A stretch of DNA of 64,000 nucleotides from Callorhinchus milii. Lineage: Eukaryota. Of this stretch, positions 36,972 to 50,600 are shown one piece after another. A program made the position numbers and the translations under genes. The stretch spans positions 25,420,001 to 25,484,000 of the forward strand of contig NW_024704742.1 of NCBI RefSeq assembly GCF_018977255.1. Reading direction: 5' to 3'. Each line of letters opens with the position of its first letter. The first letter of the stretch is position 1. A model generated the notes under the pieces. That model had not been told where the DNA came from and did no database searches. It saw only the letters and a list, made by a program, of their open reading frames with translations.

Positions 36972-38164
36972 GACGTTATTTCAGAATTGTTCTGGTCAGA
37001 GCCGTGACGTCTTTCATCTGGACATTAAAAACGTTGGTGGCATCGGACAGATCCTGGATTTCATGTACACATCTCATCTTGATCTTAATCATGAAAATGT
37101 CCAGGCCATGTTGGATATTGCCCAGTGCTTACAGGTACCCAATGTCCTCAGCCTGTGCTATACGTTCCTAAAGACTTCGACAAGTGTTCTAGGTGTGCCT
37201 GGGAGCATGCCAGCCGGTCCCGCTGTTTCTCTGCATGAAGGACTGACCACCGATACAGAAGACCTGCTGGAGGATAACGAAAACGCCCAGATGAGCCGCG
37301 ACTGCCAATTTGGGCTACAGATCCAGGGTCACAAAGCTCAGGAGCTGGGCCTTTTATACAGACATCTTCCTGATACTTCCCAAGCCGAAATATCAGCAAC
37401 GTTGCAGAACCAAATTCCGGGACAAATACCAGACAGGAATTCTTCAGATTATCCAGTCAGACAGAGCTCGCAGCCTTCCAAAGTCTACAGTTGTTACGGG
37501 AAAGAAACGTTTAAACAAAACCCAGCTCTTTTTTTTAACAATAACCAAGGAGCGCGGAGAAGAGCAGTGTGTGACGGGTTAAGTGCGACACCAAGTGCGA
37601 AGGATGGACCTCCCTTGGAACATGCGGAGGGCAACACTGCTGGGCACGAACCTTCGCTGTCGGGAACTGTCGCTCACAAAGAAGGCAGGTGGTCCTTCAA
37701 CCAGGATGGAGCAGAGATAGACCCGCAGCCTGTTAGACCACTGAGCCACTTGAAGAAGACGATTCATCTTAAGAAGTATGATTACCTACGGTCTCAGAAG
37801 CTGCCTGAACCGCCACCACCTACGCAACCCCGAGCAAATGAAACCAGCGAAGCAGCGAGGAGCGACGAGCTCAGTTCAAGCAAAAACTTTGTAGAGGATC
37901 AGTGCAAAGACTGTCATTCTGGGACGAAAGAGGCAGTCGATCAAGAAGTCACCAAGTCATGTGTCTCACCTTTGAGGGAGGAGGGGCTGGTACTTGTTGA
38001 TTACGAAACTCCTGAGTTTTTGGAAGATGCAACTGACCAGCCATTAAGTAGCTTGAACGTTCAGTCCCAATCTTGTCACTCCCAGAAGCAATATTGCTGT
38101 GAGTTGTGTGGGAAAACATTCAAGCACCCAAGCAATCTGGAACTGCACAAGCGTTCTCACACAG
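36972..38164 (+). CDS. ZBTB49: ZBTB49 large exon (BTB C-terminus, linker, zinc finger 1)
   Basis: 1193 nt; TLFQN..DVFHLDIKNVGGIGQILDFMYTSHLDLN..CELCGKTFKHPSNLELHKRSHT. Confidence 0.96.
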
Positions 38165-38799
38165 GTACAGTGAAGATGTGGCAATGTACTGAATTCTTGA
38201 TTTGTTTTTTTTTCACAAATAATATTCCTTGCACTTGGTGTAGAACCTTATAATATTGTCGAGTCGTCTCAAGGCACTTCACAGGATTTATGGTGAAGTG
38301 CTGCGACTGTGTATTAAAAGGCGAATAAAGAGACCAATGTTGTGCATCACAATGGATGGTCAATGGAAATTGCAGGCCAGGACCCAGACAAACTCCAGTC
38401 TCTTTTTGAATGCTTCTCTCATATCCTTGCCCACCAGATTACCCCTGGCTCCATCCTTATCAGCCAGCCACAAATAGAGTCACACTATAGCTGTAATGCT
38501 CACCCACTCACAAAGAATAATATCTTGAATAGATCATCTTAGAAAAACTTGAGTGGGAGCCCAAGCTGTGAGGGAATAGGGAAGTTGCAGATACGGAGGA
38601 AAGCAAATCTGGTCAGAGCCCACTTTAAAAGAGAATTCTGAGTCGTTCATTCCAGAATCACATAAGTGTAATTTATTATATTACACTGTGTTCAGTAAAG
38701 TGTCGAATTCATTATTATATCAGGAGTAAAAAAAACACTGGCATGAAAGGAAACTAGGTACAAATAGCTATTGACTAATGAGTTACATGTCAATATGTC

Positions 38800-40625
38800 A
38801 AGAGGAACCCCAAGCTCTTCTCCATCACCAACCGGTTCTTCTGCCCACCCTCTCATGCCTCGCCTATCCTCTCCTCCAATGCCAACTGCGAGGAGATGCT
38901 GGACTTACTCAAAACCAAAATCAAGGGAATCCGCTCAGCTGCCCCTGCTCTTCCAACCACTACCCCCTCCCCATCTCCCCCTCACACCCCAGCCCCTACC
39001 CATCCCTCCCACCTTCGAACCCCCCCCAACTTTCTCATCACCACCAGAACCCACATGAAACCGCTCACCTATGCCCTTGACCCCATCCCTACTCCTCTCC
39101 TACCGCCCAGCTCCACGTCCTTGCCCCCTTACTCACAGACATCATAAACCTCTCACTGTCCACTGGCACCATTCCCACCCCATTAAAAACTGCCATCATC
39201 ATTCCTATCCTTAAAACATCCCTCCCTAGACCCACCACTGTTCTCAAACTACTGCTCCATCTCCAAACTCTCTTTTCTCTCCAAGGTTCTGGAACGGGAT
39301 GTTGCTTCCAAACTTCGCTCCTTCCTCTCCCGCCACTCCCTTCACAAACCTCTCCAATCGGGTTTCCGTGACACCCACAGCATAGAAACACCTTTGGTCA
39401 AAGTGACAAATGGTATTTTGTCCATCTGCAAACTGGGTTCCCTCTGCCTCCTCATCCTCCTTGACCTCTCTGCTGCATTCGATACTGTTGACCACTATCC
39501 TCATCCACCACCTCTCTTCTCACCTCAACCTGCATGGTTCTGTCCTTGACTGGTTCAGATCGTACCTCTCACACTGTCTGCATGTCTGCACTTCATCTCT
39601 ACAAGCGTCTTCTCCTCTAGCCCCACACTGTTCCGTGCGGCGTTCCTCGGGGCTTTGTCCTTGGTCCCCTCCTCTTCAGTGTCTCTACGCTCCCTCTTAG
39701 TGACATCATCCACAGACATGGGGTGAATTTCCACATGTACGCGGAAGACACCCAACTCTTATCTCTCTGACTCCACCCTCGACCCCAGAATGTCTGACAG
39801 ACATCAAGTCCTGGATGAGAGCTAACTACAGTTGAACATCAACAAGACTGAGACCCTCCTGATTGCCTCCACATCAGCGCCTCCACACCTCAGACACTGA
39901 CAGCATCACCATCCAGCTTACTAAGAGTCCAGAACCTTGGCGTCTTCGTTGAGCCTCAATTATCCTTGCCACCTCACATCCGTGCCATGTCCCGCACTGC
40001 CTTCCCCCACCTTCGCAACATCACCCGGCTCCGCCACTGTCTCACACCAAGTCCGCTGAGACCCTCATACACGCATTCATAACATCCAAGCTCGACTACG
40101 CAAACTGCCTGCTTGTCGGCCTCCCCAACTCCTCTCTCCTTAGGCTGCAGATCATCCAGAACTCTGCAGCCTGTGTCCTCTCCTGCACTAGGCTCCACAC
40201 ACCCATCCTCGCCTGACTCCACTGGCTTCCCATCACACAGAGGATACAGTTCAAGATCCTGGTTCTCGCCTTCAAAGCTCTCCATGGCCTTGCTCCCCAG
40301 ACCTCTGTGACCTTCTAACCCCCTACTAACCTGCCTGCTCCCTCTGCTCAGCGGGCTCTGGCCTGTTTCTCGTCCCCCACCTCGCCCGCCCCACCATTGA
40401 CTGCCCCACCCTCTGGAAATCCATCCCGCAGTCCTTCTGCCTTGCCCCCTCTCTTGCCTCCTTCAAGATCTGTCTCAAGACCCTCCTCTTTGAACGTGCC
40501 TCTGGTCACCCCCCTGCCCTCTACCCTCCCCGACCCCCAGCTCAGGTCCGAAACACTGATTGTCCAGCGCCTTGGGATGTCCTCCCAAAGTGAAAGGCAC
40601 TATACAAAAGTAATTTTGTTGTTGT
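38800..40625 (+). mobile_element. Degenerate L2 LINE (about 1.8 kb, RT to tail)
   Basis: Frameshifted RT motifs ([26 protein letters not shown]); hairpin tail ending in TTGTTG. Confidence 0.9.
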
Positions 40626-42780
40626 GGTTCTGTCCCACCAATTTAGTTGTTATTGCAGTTACCGAGTGTTTGTTTTGTTCACATTTATGTTCCATTTATT
40701 TTGTTCGTTTGGTTGCTGTTCATTGTTGTATCCTTATTATTTTTATTGTAAAAGATCTTGGTAAGAAGAGTGCCAAACTCCTTGTTGGGAATTTAAGACT
40801 CCTGAAGTTACAGGAAATAGGCACCAGATTTTTTTTAAAACAAACTGCCTTTAGTGCCCTGCTTGCATTACCTGGAAATGTACTCGGTTCCTTTGGCTTT
40901 TCCATGAGGATGTGGAAAGTAGGAAAGGTTTCATGGTCATGGCTGTGGTTTACCTAAAATCAGTGCTGTTTACAGTGCAATCATTGTTAGTTCTATTCAT
41001 ATTTTTGTTCTATTATTCTATTGGGTTGGTCACTATTGTTCATTGTTCTACCACTCTGTCTTGCTCCATCTCTCTCTGCCTTTAAATCCCACCTCAAGTC
41101 CTAGCTCTTTGCCTATATTTTCTATAATATATAGACCCTATCACCTCTTCTTTGCTCGGCGTTCAGTTCCATCCCTCTAAAATGCTCCGAGATGTTGCCT
41201 TATGTGAAAGACACTATATAAATGCAAGTTAGTTGTTGTTGTTGTTTCTAGGTTGATTGTAGATGTTGTTGTCGATAAACACCTAATAATTACTGGAGTG
41301 ATTAATTCCTCAAAGAATTAACATTAAAAAAATTCTAGCTTAATAGAATATATTCCCCATCCCCCATTTAGCTTCTACACTACTCTTTATGCAAAAATTA
41401 AAAATACTATTGCATTCTTTTCTTTACAGTACATTTTTTTTGTCTTGATCCACAGCGATAGATTGGTCCTGGTGCATATATGTGAAAACGAGGAGCCTAG
41501 ATTGTAAACATGATCTTATGAAGGGATTCAGATAATATTAACTTATTAATATTAATACTGAGAGGGGATACATTGTCATCTAAAGAGTGAAATGAGATTT
41601 ACTGCCTTGAAATCATTCAAGGATACCTATATGGTTTAAATATAATGCATTATTAAATAATATATACATAGATATAAATAATGTTATTTGTTGTCGATGT
41701 TCACCTCATAATTACTGCAGTGATTAATCCCTCAAAGAATTAACATTAAAAAATAACTTGTACATTAATAGAATATTTACAGGGATGGGGCTGGACGCAG
41801 AACAAAGGAGAGAAGGCTGAGTCTATATTTTATACAAAATATAGGCAGAGAGGTAGGCGGGACTTGAAGGCAGCACTCGCCTTGGAAGCGAGTACAGTAT
41901 ATTGCTATGTGCAAGCTGGCTGCCACGTTTTGCCCACAAAATAAACAATCAATCCACTTTACAGTGATTTGCTCTGAAATTTCCACAGCAATGAATTGGG
42001 TATAATGGGCTGTGATTTGCACTGGAGCCAGGCTCGTGAGATTGCCTTGAGGACGTAGTTGTGACAGAATATTGATTTGTCCCAGGACAGCAAAAAGCCA
42101 AGTGGTGCAGATTGATTTGCTGCTGCTCAAAATTGGTTACAGAAAAGCGCTCGTACTGAACCTCTACAACAACTTTTCAGGAACCATTTCAAGCCCCACA
42201 TTGGGACTTGAGCTCCTAGTCGAGCATGACACTCCATTGCAACAAAGAGCTGTCCTGTAGATGAACTTTAACACACTGTCCCATCTGCCCTTTTTACATG
42301 GATGTTAAAGATCACTATTTGAAAAGAAGAAAATGCGGGGGTTCTTCAAATGGTCGTGGTCAACAGTCCTCGAGGTTCAATCACCTCACCATGTGCTCTT
42401 CATAGGACCTTGCTGCGTGCAGAATGAATGCCACGTTCGCCTACAAAAGCAGTCACTATTCATGGCAATAATTACTGAAACGCGTTTGAAGTCCTTTTGA
42501 CATAACATGTTCATTCATGATTAATGTTAAAAGGGCTGGGCATATTGAATTACATTAGAGATAACCTGTACTTTGCGCTGCTTTAACCCTGCTCTACCTA
42601 CCCATTCGCTTGTACTCTTCTCCGCCAATGGACTGCAAAGTTCTGGAGCAGAACGTGTAAATCAGGCTCGCTGCTCCCAATCACTTTAATGCTGGAAGCG
42701 AAGCGAGTAATGAATCACAGTGCAATTGAAGGAGCAAGTTATTATTGACAATAATTTCTGTGTGTTTCTTGTTCTTGCAG

Positions 42781-42827
42781 GAGAGAAACCGTTTGAGTGC
42801 AATATCTGTGGGAAGCACTTTTCGCAG
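42781..42827 (+). CDS. ZBTB49: ZBTB49 coding exon 3
   Basis: 47 nt; reads (G)EKPFECNICGKHFSQ. Confidence 0.96.
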
Positions 42828-43288
42828 GTAAGTAGTAGAGCAACAACAACTATAATTTGCATACAGCGCCTTTCACGTCGGGAGGATGATGTCTCAAAGC
42901 GCTTCACACAACTGATTGGGATCCCGGTGTGGGGTGGGGGGATGAAAGTGGCCAATTGCATGGTCACAGAGATGAGTTTTAAGGGGAGGGGGAGCAGTAA
43001 AAAGTCTTATTCTTTTCCAATAAGATTGAACAGACAACATGCTAATGTCAGCCACATGGGTACTCTGCTAAAGTATTGCACTGGATCCTAAGGACTGCTC
43101 AACGATTTAACAGAGAGCCTCGGATTGATCCAAATCTCTCTACTAACCTTTGATCTCGTCTTTGGTTCCGGACTCATTTGGCACAACTTGATCCTGCCCT
43201 CGCTGTGTTTAAAGCTTACAGCTTCTATTGACTTGGAGCTTTGGGCTTGGAAGATACACCACTCTGGGCCTGGATCACTGGTGGGGAG

Positions 43289-43465
43289 AAATTCCATCTG
43301 GGTCTAGATTTACTCTATTAACATAGCATTTCAGAAAAAATCCTTATTTTTAAAGTCTGTTTTCTGTAGGTTTTTTGAAGCTGGGTTTATGACTGAATAT
43401 TAATCCATTTCAGGAACTCTCTGAATGCTGCGTTAATAGAGTAAACCTAGATCTAGGTGGAATTT
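43289..43465. mobile_element. Palindromic MITE-like element
   Basis: About 55-bp imperfect inverted arms: AAATTCCATCTGGGTCTAGATTTACTCTATTAAC.. and ..GTTAATAGAGTAAACCTAGATCTAGGTGGAATTT. Confidence 0.7.
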
Positions 43466-43567
43466 CAGAATCTCTGGCCTCTGCTGCTCCGTTAGATAGG
43501 TCACTGCTTCCTCTATATTCTCAACCCTTTTCAAAAACGGTGTTTGAATTCCTCGCAACCCAAAGTA

Positions 43568-44310
43568 CAGTCAAGTCTGTTCAAGCAACCACCTCCATTC
43601 AGCAACCGCCCTGGAAAAGTCCGGACAGATTTTGCGTAATAAACCATCTCTATTCAGCAACCACCTGTCTTAACGCAACCAGTGGCCATGCCCTGTGCCT
43701 TTGTGCTGACACCCTTTTCAGTGGCCAGTTCTTTATACATTACCTGGTCTGTTTTTTCCTGACATCTTGTCTGTGCCTCACAAAACATCGACTCAGGGGA
43801 GAAAGCTACTCACTTTAGAACAGTGAGTGGAGGTGATTGGCATTCGTGAAGCGACACAGAAGAGCAGCAGGAAATTGGCCGTGCAGTTTAACTGCGGACA
43901 GACACAAATGGAAAACATACTGAAGTGGAAGCGAGAGATCACAGCACAGCGAACAATGAGAACAATCCACTGCTGGATCGACTGGCAACGAAGATTTAAA
44001 TCAGCTTTGTTAGGAGTAGTTCAAAGAAACTTTGGCACGTAGGCACCCTGTGAGCAGCAATGTTTGCAAGTTCGTTGGGGAATGTAGACTTCAACAACAT
44101 TACATTTGTATAGCGCTTTCACGTCGGGAGGATGTCCCAAGGCGCTGGACAATCAGTGTTTTGGACCCGGCACAGTCGACGAGAATGTCTTGAGATGGGT
44201 CAAAGCGTCGAATGGATGGCTGGACTCTTTCCATAAACGATCCAACATTGTTTTCAGAACCATGTCCTGAGAAGGACGGGATGTGACACAGGAAGCTGTC
44301 GACAGTTGGA
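43568..44310 (+). mobile_element. Tigger/pogo (Tc1-mariner superfamily) DNA transposon fossil, 5' half
   Basis: TA|CAGTCAAGTCTGTTCAAGCAACCACCTC terminus with subterminal AGCAACC repeats; decayed psq/CENP-B HTH (LLTLEQ*VEVI..KSSRKLAVQFNCGQTQMENILK; F-KASNGWLDSFHKRSNI). Confidence 0.85.
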
Positions 44311-45560
44311 CTGGATGATTAAAAATGATAGAACGGGTCTAAGAGCAGCTCTTGGCAACAGCAAATGTCTAATACATACAAGGTAATGAGTATCAGAGGT
44401 GTCCTCCTGCAGATGGGTCATTAAACCGAGGTCCTGTCCTATATGCCCATTCAAGGGGGACATTCAAGATCGGGTGACCTGATTTGAAAAGAAAATGGAA
44501 TTGCTCCTGGTTTGCTGCCACAATCCTTCAGAAAAATTGCACATTCATTTGTTTGAGGGACCCGGATGTGTGCAAATTGGCTGCCACATTTGCCTGCAGC
44601 TCCACAGTCACTACACATAACAGCAATTCTACATTAAGTGTTTTGCAATGTTATAGGCACTATATGAAATGTAAATATTTTTAACTTGCCCTCTATATAT
44701 TTACGGAACTTCCATTTGAAGAGTGATCTATTACTTACATTTGAGACTTTTTTAAAAAAAAAGGAACCTAAAATGAGTCACTTGCAAACTGAATTTATCA
44801 CTGCCCGTTTCGATACCAGATTTCAGCAAAAGGAAAAATTGCAATTAAACCGCTTTGTAATCTACAACGGCATATAGAATAACTCGTAGTGCAATTCAAG
44901 GACACTGAGCGTGTCTGAGTTCAGGCATTAATAAACTGAAAGCCAAACATGAATCATCATGGTCAGGAATGTTGTGCTGTTTGTGGGGCACTGCTGTGCG
45001 CAATTGGCTTCCACATTTTGCTCAAAAGATATACAGTCACTACACCTTACAGTATATTCTGTGAAGCGCTTTGAGACGTCTCAACGACACGATAAAGTGC
45101 TATATCAAATGCAAGTAATTGTACATCTAGTAATACGCTCCAACCTCTGTGCATTCTCTGATATGTTGACCTAAGTAAATGGAGAGAACAAAGTTTGTGG
45201 TGGCAGTGTGCAGAGTTGTCTTGTAGCAGTGGCCATTTAGACTAATTGTGTAGGCTGAACTTGACACCCTTCTTGAAAGCTTCCCAGTTGATAGCTAGGG
45301 TGAACCAGTTGTTGGTCTTAAGAGAAATATCTTCTTCCTTCAGTACTGGAGACTCCGTGGGCCTGGAGGAAGGCTTCCTTCCAACTATAGTGGCATGAAA
45401 CCATGCACTGGGGCTCAGTCTTAGGGGTTGGGGACGATGTTTTCATTTAAAGAATAAAGAAGAACCTAAAAGGCAAGTAATTTGACTTTAGGGCTGGTAA
45501 ATACCTTTGTGCTTTTGGGTTTAAATTTTGTTTGAAATTATTCATTTTAATCTTTGCCAG

Positions 45561-45634
45561 GCAGGAAATCTCCAGACTCACTTACGACGGCACTCTGGTG
45601 AAAAACCATACATTTGTGAAATCTGTGGCAAAAG
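45561..45634 (+). CDS. ZBTB49: ZBTB49 coding exon 4
   Basis: 74 nt; reads [24 protein letters not shown]. Confidence 0.96.
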
Positions 45635-46941
45635 GTAATGGTGATAAGTGCATATTTGCGAACATTGGTTCTTCTGCAAAACTGGAGGCAATGGGCAATG
45701 TTTTAATCTCATTCTGTTGTCTGACAGGTTGCAAATCACAGATGGGAAAGAGATAACAGTGAGTTTGTCTCAATGATTAACCTGCCAACTCTAATCCCAC
45801 AAAATCCTTTAAAATGTAAAATGGGTTTTATGAAATTCCGTCTTTTTTTAAAAAAAAGACCAAAGAGTTTTTATTTGGCTCCTCCTGATCTTGCTGAATA
45901 TGTAACCCATGTGCATTTCACATAGACACATGGGGAGAGGCAGCAGGATAATTTGGTTTCCCATCTGTAAGGGAAGATATGATTTCAGAGAGGACAGTTC
46001 AGTCCTTTAGTAATTACTTTACTGTTATTATAAGGCCATCACTATAGCATTATCTCTATGTTGGGTATCTAGACCATGGGTCATTTACAATAATCACAAA
46101 TTGGTCACTTCAATCCACAACTCTTTGTGGGACGCTGCTGTGTGAAATTATGCAGTCAATTCACTTTACAGTATATTCTGTGAAGCGCTTTGAGATGTCC
46201 CGAAGACGTGATAAGGCGCTATATCAAATGCAAGGATTATTATTATATTATAATGACGAATAGATACAAGGTTATACCAAATGCTGGACTCCCAAGGACT
46301 ACATCGTCCTGGATGGATGCAATTGTAGAAGCTAAACATTCACTAAATGTATTTTTATAATAAATTCTGGCTGAATACTACAGAGAGTTACAAGAGAGTC
46401 CAGAAATTACACACTGATCAGTAGGATGTTAAATACCATTCCCAGTCAGCTTGCTGAAGGTAAACATGGGGGGCTAGATAAAGTTTCCTGTTACAAACAT
46501 ATTCTGGACGTATGTTAGTCAAATAGCATAATAAATAGTGAAATGAATGTGTGTCAAATCAATCTCAGCACTGAGATTTGAAAGTCGATCTGTATTGCAA
46601 AGGCTGAACAGGTGCCATTGCGTGCAATTGTGGCGAGTACTGGTTTTGTCAGAAATTCAATCCGTCTCACAAACCAGTGTAGTGCAGCATTTAGGTACCT
46701 GATCACTGGGGTTGTTGTATGCACCAAATCATCGGCTACTAAATTCATACTCAACAAGAAATAAAGGCAAACTTAATAGGTGCACAAATGCTTTCCCTTT
46801 CTCTCTCACTTACCAATCGCGCCCCCACTCCAGGGGAGCTATTTTAAGGTATTAAAATCGCGCTGATTATTTTGAAAGATTTGTGAAAATTCTTTGGTAG
46901 TGGTCCTTTCTTGTAAACCATCGTCCTTTTATTTATTTCAG

Positions 46942-47024
46942 ATTTGCTGCCTCCGGTGATGTACAGCGCCATATTGTTATTCACACAGGGCAAAAACCTC
47001 ATCTGTGTGACATCTGTGGTCGAG
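46942..47024 (+). CDS. ZBTB49: ZBTB49 coding exon 5
   Basis: 83 nt; reads FAASGDVQRHIVIHTGQKPHLCDICGR. Confidence 0.96.
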
Positions 47025-47145
47025 GTTTGTCTTCGGCATATTTTAAAACTCTTCTGTCCCGTAACAGCAAAGAATATCTATCTCTAGTTTGCTTCTTCTT
47101 GTTATTAAAGTGATAATGAGAGTTCCCACTTTTTTTTGCCACAAC

Positions 47146-47343
47146 AGGAGGCAATTCCATCTAGTCTTAGCCTTAAAACTGTTTTGTCTTAAAATTTAAA
47201 GATTGTGCAGAATTGTGGAAAATCTTTAGATTCAATCTCGATGTGGAAATTGGTTTCCAGAGTAAGATCACAATCTGTATGGATTTCAATTTCGAGGCAA
47301 AGTGGTCCTCCAGGCTAAGTCTAGATGGAATTACGGACCTCCT
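47146..47343. mobile_element. Palindromic MITE-like element
   Basis: AATTCCATCTAGTCTTAGCCT (47153) and AGGCTAAGTCTAGATGGAATT (47312-47332) form a 21-bp inverted repeat with one mismatch; an inner inverted pair is also present. Confidence 0.65.
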
Positions 47344-48258
47344 AAAGGTTTTGCTCTATGCTGGCTTTCAGGATTTAAGCCTAATGCTTTAAGCCGCCAA
47401 CAAATTGAGAATGTGTCTAGAGAAGCAATGAGCTACAGTAAATGCCTTCACAAGTGAGGTTGGACCGTACATCTCACAAATATGAAACAGCGACTTGCAT
47501 GTATATAGCCCCTTCTTACAAGGTGGCATCTCAGAGCACTTACCAATAGCTTTGTTTGATGCCGTTACATCTATTTCACTCTTGGTTATTCTGCTTTGTT
47601 ACACTTTCAACAACTGACATATAAGCTGTCAGAAAAGTGAGTGTCTGCAGTGTTTACTCAGCCTTCTTATGCGCTCTCTCTCTTTTATACTTGTCTCTCT
47701 TGTTCCCCCGCTGTCTCCCCTGCCCGCCCCATACACACACAGTTTGTAAGCTTCCCCCTTACTGCTAGATTGAAACTCCGGGAGAAGGTCAAAAATACAG
47801 TGTTCTGTTCACTGTTTGGTTTCAATAATATTTATTGGAGTTTCTGGTGCGATGTCGTAATGGCATGACTTTATGCTATCCAACATCTTTTTTTTTTGCC
47901 AGTTTTGTAGCCCAGAAGACAAACTCAGGGCTGTTCTTCTCACGAGTCAAATGCTAGGATAAAAGAGCACAAGAGTGGACCAGTGGTTACTGTGATTTCC
48001 CCTCCTCACCCCATGCTGCCTATGTGCGAGTGCCTTATCTCTATCTATATGACCTTTCTGTGGCAGTAGAAATCAGGTCCTGACATAGTAACAAGCTACT
48101 TTCTGTCACTTGGTGTATTGGTGCTATATTCAGTTGATTTGGCATATTGGTGCCAAATAATTAGAATTCTGCAGGCTCTTCTGAACAGTTTCATGCTTAA
48201 TATTAGACTTCAGTTGACTTATGCTGCACCATGTCATACTTTTTAAATGTTGCTACAG

Positions 48259-48420
48259 GTTTCAGTAACTTCAGTAACTTAAAGGAGCACAAGAAGACCC
48301 ACAGTGCGGACAAGCTGTTTACCTGCGACCAGTGTGGAAAATCTTTCAACATGCAGAGAAAACTTGTCAAGCACAGGATCCGACACACAGGGGAGAGGCC
48401 ATATAGTTGCTTAACATGTG
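48259..48420 (+). CDS. ZBTB49: ZBTB49 coding exon 6
   Basis: 162 nt; reads FSNFSNLKEHKKTHSADKLFTCDQCGKSFNMQRKLVKHRIRHTGERPYSCLTC. Confidence 0.96.
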
Positions 48421-49270
48421 GTAGGTACTTTGTGTTATTGAGCATTGGCATACGTGGACACTTTGGATTTCTCCCCTCAAGTGGCTCATTCAGTACAATT
48501 ATTACTGTGTGCTATGTTCAGAACTGTTATCTGCACCTTAATGCACAATAAAGGATGCCTATCTCTCTTCACTCTCCAAGCCAAGATGCTATCCAGCACC
48601 TGCACTAAAGACGCTGTAAATACCGATCGAGGTAATAATAATCCTTGCATTTGATATAGGGCCTTATGTCATTGAGATGTCTCAAATAATAATAATAATC
48701 CTTGCATTTGATATAGCGCTTTTCACGTCGGGAGGACGTCCCAAAGCGCTTCAAAGCGCTTCACAGGATGTTACTGTCAAGAGGATTGACTGTATTTTGT
48801 GGCTGCACTTCACAGTATTTCCCATGAAGTCTTTTGAGACACTTGGCCCCTCTCCCCCCCCCCCCCCCCCCCCCTCACCTGATGTGAAAGGTGCTATATC
48901 AATCGCACCTTTCGTGGTGTCCTGACCAACAATCCCCCAAAATAAAAATAGTCACTCACTCCATGTAAGGGAGTACATGTTTGTGTGTTATTGCTGTGCA
49001 CAAATTCATTGCCACATTCACGAATAAAATACATACACTTCACAGTATATCTGGTAAAACATGTTGTGACGTCTCGACGACATAATACTATAATTCTATA
49101 ATTTGCAGTGATTATTATTATTTGATATGGGGGGGTTGTTGGCTTCCTTGCGAAGAGCACCATTCTTGGGGATAAAAAGATGGCTGTTTGGGCTTGACCG
49201 TAAACAAATTGGCTGGTGTGCATGCAGCGTGTGGCAAATATTAAGCAACCTGTCTTGATTCAACTTGCAG

Positions 49271-49959
49271 GAAAACGCTTTGCTGGATCTGGGGATTTGC
49301 GTCGGCACGTGAGAACACACACGGGCGAAAGGCCATACAACTGTGAAACGTGTGGCAAGTGCTTCACCCGGTCTGCGGTTTTACACAGGCACAAGCGAAT
49401 GCACTGCAGGTACAACGGAGAGAACCAAGTGAGGGACGAGGAGGTTGACAGCGCGGAGGAAAACTCCTGCCAGCAAGCTGCAGAGCAAAGGTCACCAAAC
49501 TCTGAGCCACTTGGTCAAGCTATGCAGGTCGCTTTACTGCCTGTAATGGACAAGCTTCACTCTGAACCAAAGCAGCAGCCTTCCAGTGCAGCGAGCGAAA
49601 CCTCAGCTGGGCCTGAAGACGGTCACTCGGAATACAGCTCTTTGGTCCAGCAGCAGTTAGTGGGTGATCATCACAAGATGGTCCTGAATTCTGTTAAAAA
49701 CCACAAGCCTGAAGCATCCCACCCAATGCACACTTGCTCCGTTGAGAGCAGTCCAAGACCTGAAGAATCCCTGGCCGCCCAGAACCCGTCCACCGTGCGA
49801 TCATCAGTGACTAGTTTGGACATTCACATTAACGTGCCCTTTGGAAGTCACCCGCCTAATGTTTCATACCGAACAAATGAAGGACCGTTCCTCTCCAGCC
49901 TGACACTGTGGGGTCTAGCTATGAAAACTTTGCAGAACGACAATGAATTAGACCAGTGA
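49271..49959 (+). CDS. ZBTB49: ZBTB49 last coding exon
   Basis: [44 protein letters not shown]...[26 protein letters not shown]. The summed CDS is 2406 nt (801 aa). Confidence 0.96.
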
Positions 49960-50061
49960 CTGACCTTGATGGTGACTCAAAACATTTGCCAGTGGAACGA
50001 ATGCACTTTCTTATTTTTGCCGCAATTGCAGCATCACTTGAAACGTATTTTTATAAACTTT

Positions 50062-50067
50062 AATAAA
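50062..50067 (+). terminator. Candidate ZBTB49 polyadenylation signal AATAAA
   Basis: About 100 nt after the stop codon, followed by a GT/T-rich stretch. Confidence 0.5.
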
Positions 50068-50600
50068 TATGATCCAAACAAGTTGCAGTTGTATTGATTT
50101 TTGAGCCTCTATGTGCTTGTGCAAGGCTGATTATGAAACGAGAATAACTTTGCCCCCGCAGAAATCAATTCTCCAGTCGCTGGTTTCATTGTAAGTGGCT
50201 TGGTGATTGCAATTCTATGAGACATTAATTCGAGGTCTCATCTGCCTGGTCATGGGGATGTTAAATACCCTATGACATTATTTGAAAAGAAATGGGAGAT
50301 AGTCCTGGCTGACAATCCTCTCCTAGCTTTGAGCAAAATAGCTGCTATGTTTGCCTACCACTTACCAATAATTACTGTAAAGCATCTTTAGATTCCGTAG
50401 CTGCTAAAAATGAGGCAGATTCAAGAGGGAATGAACAACTATTTAAGTAGAAATTGATTGAGGTGTGTAAGAGAGACCGGAGAATATTTTGTTATCTGGT
50501 TTATTTGACTGCATGGATCCTTTCCAGACCTGAATTTTTTAAAGAAAAATAATCAAAATTAATTTGTCTCCAGCAGCTGAGGGTTTTAAAGCTGCATTCA

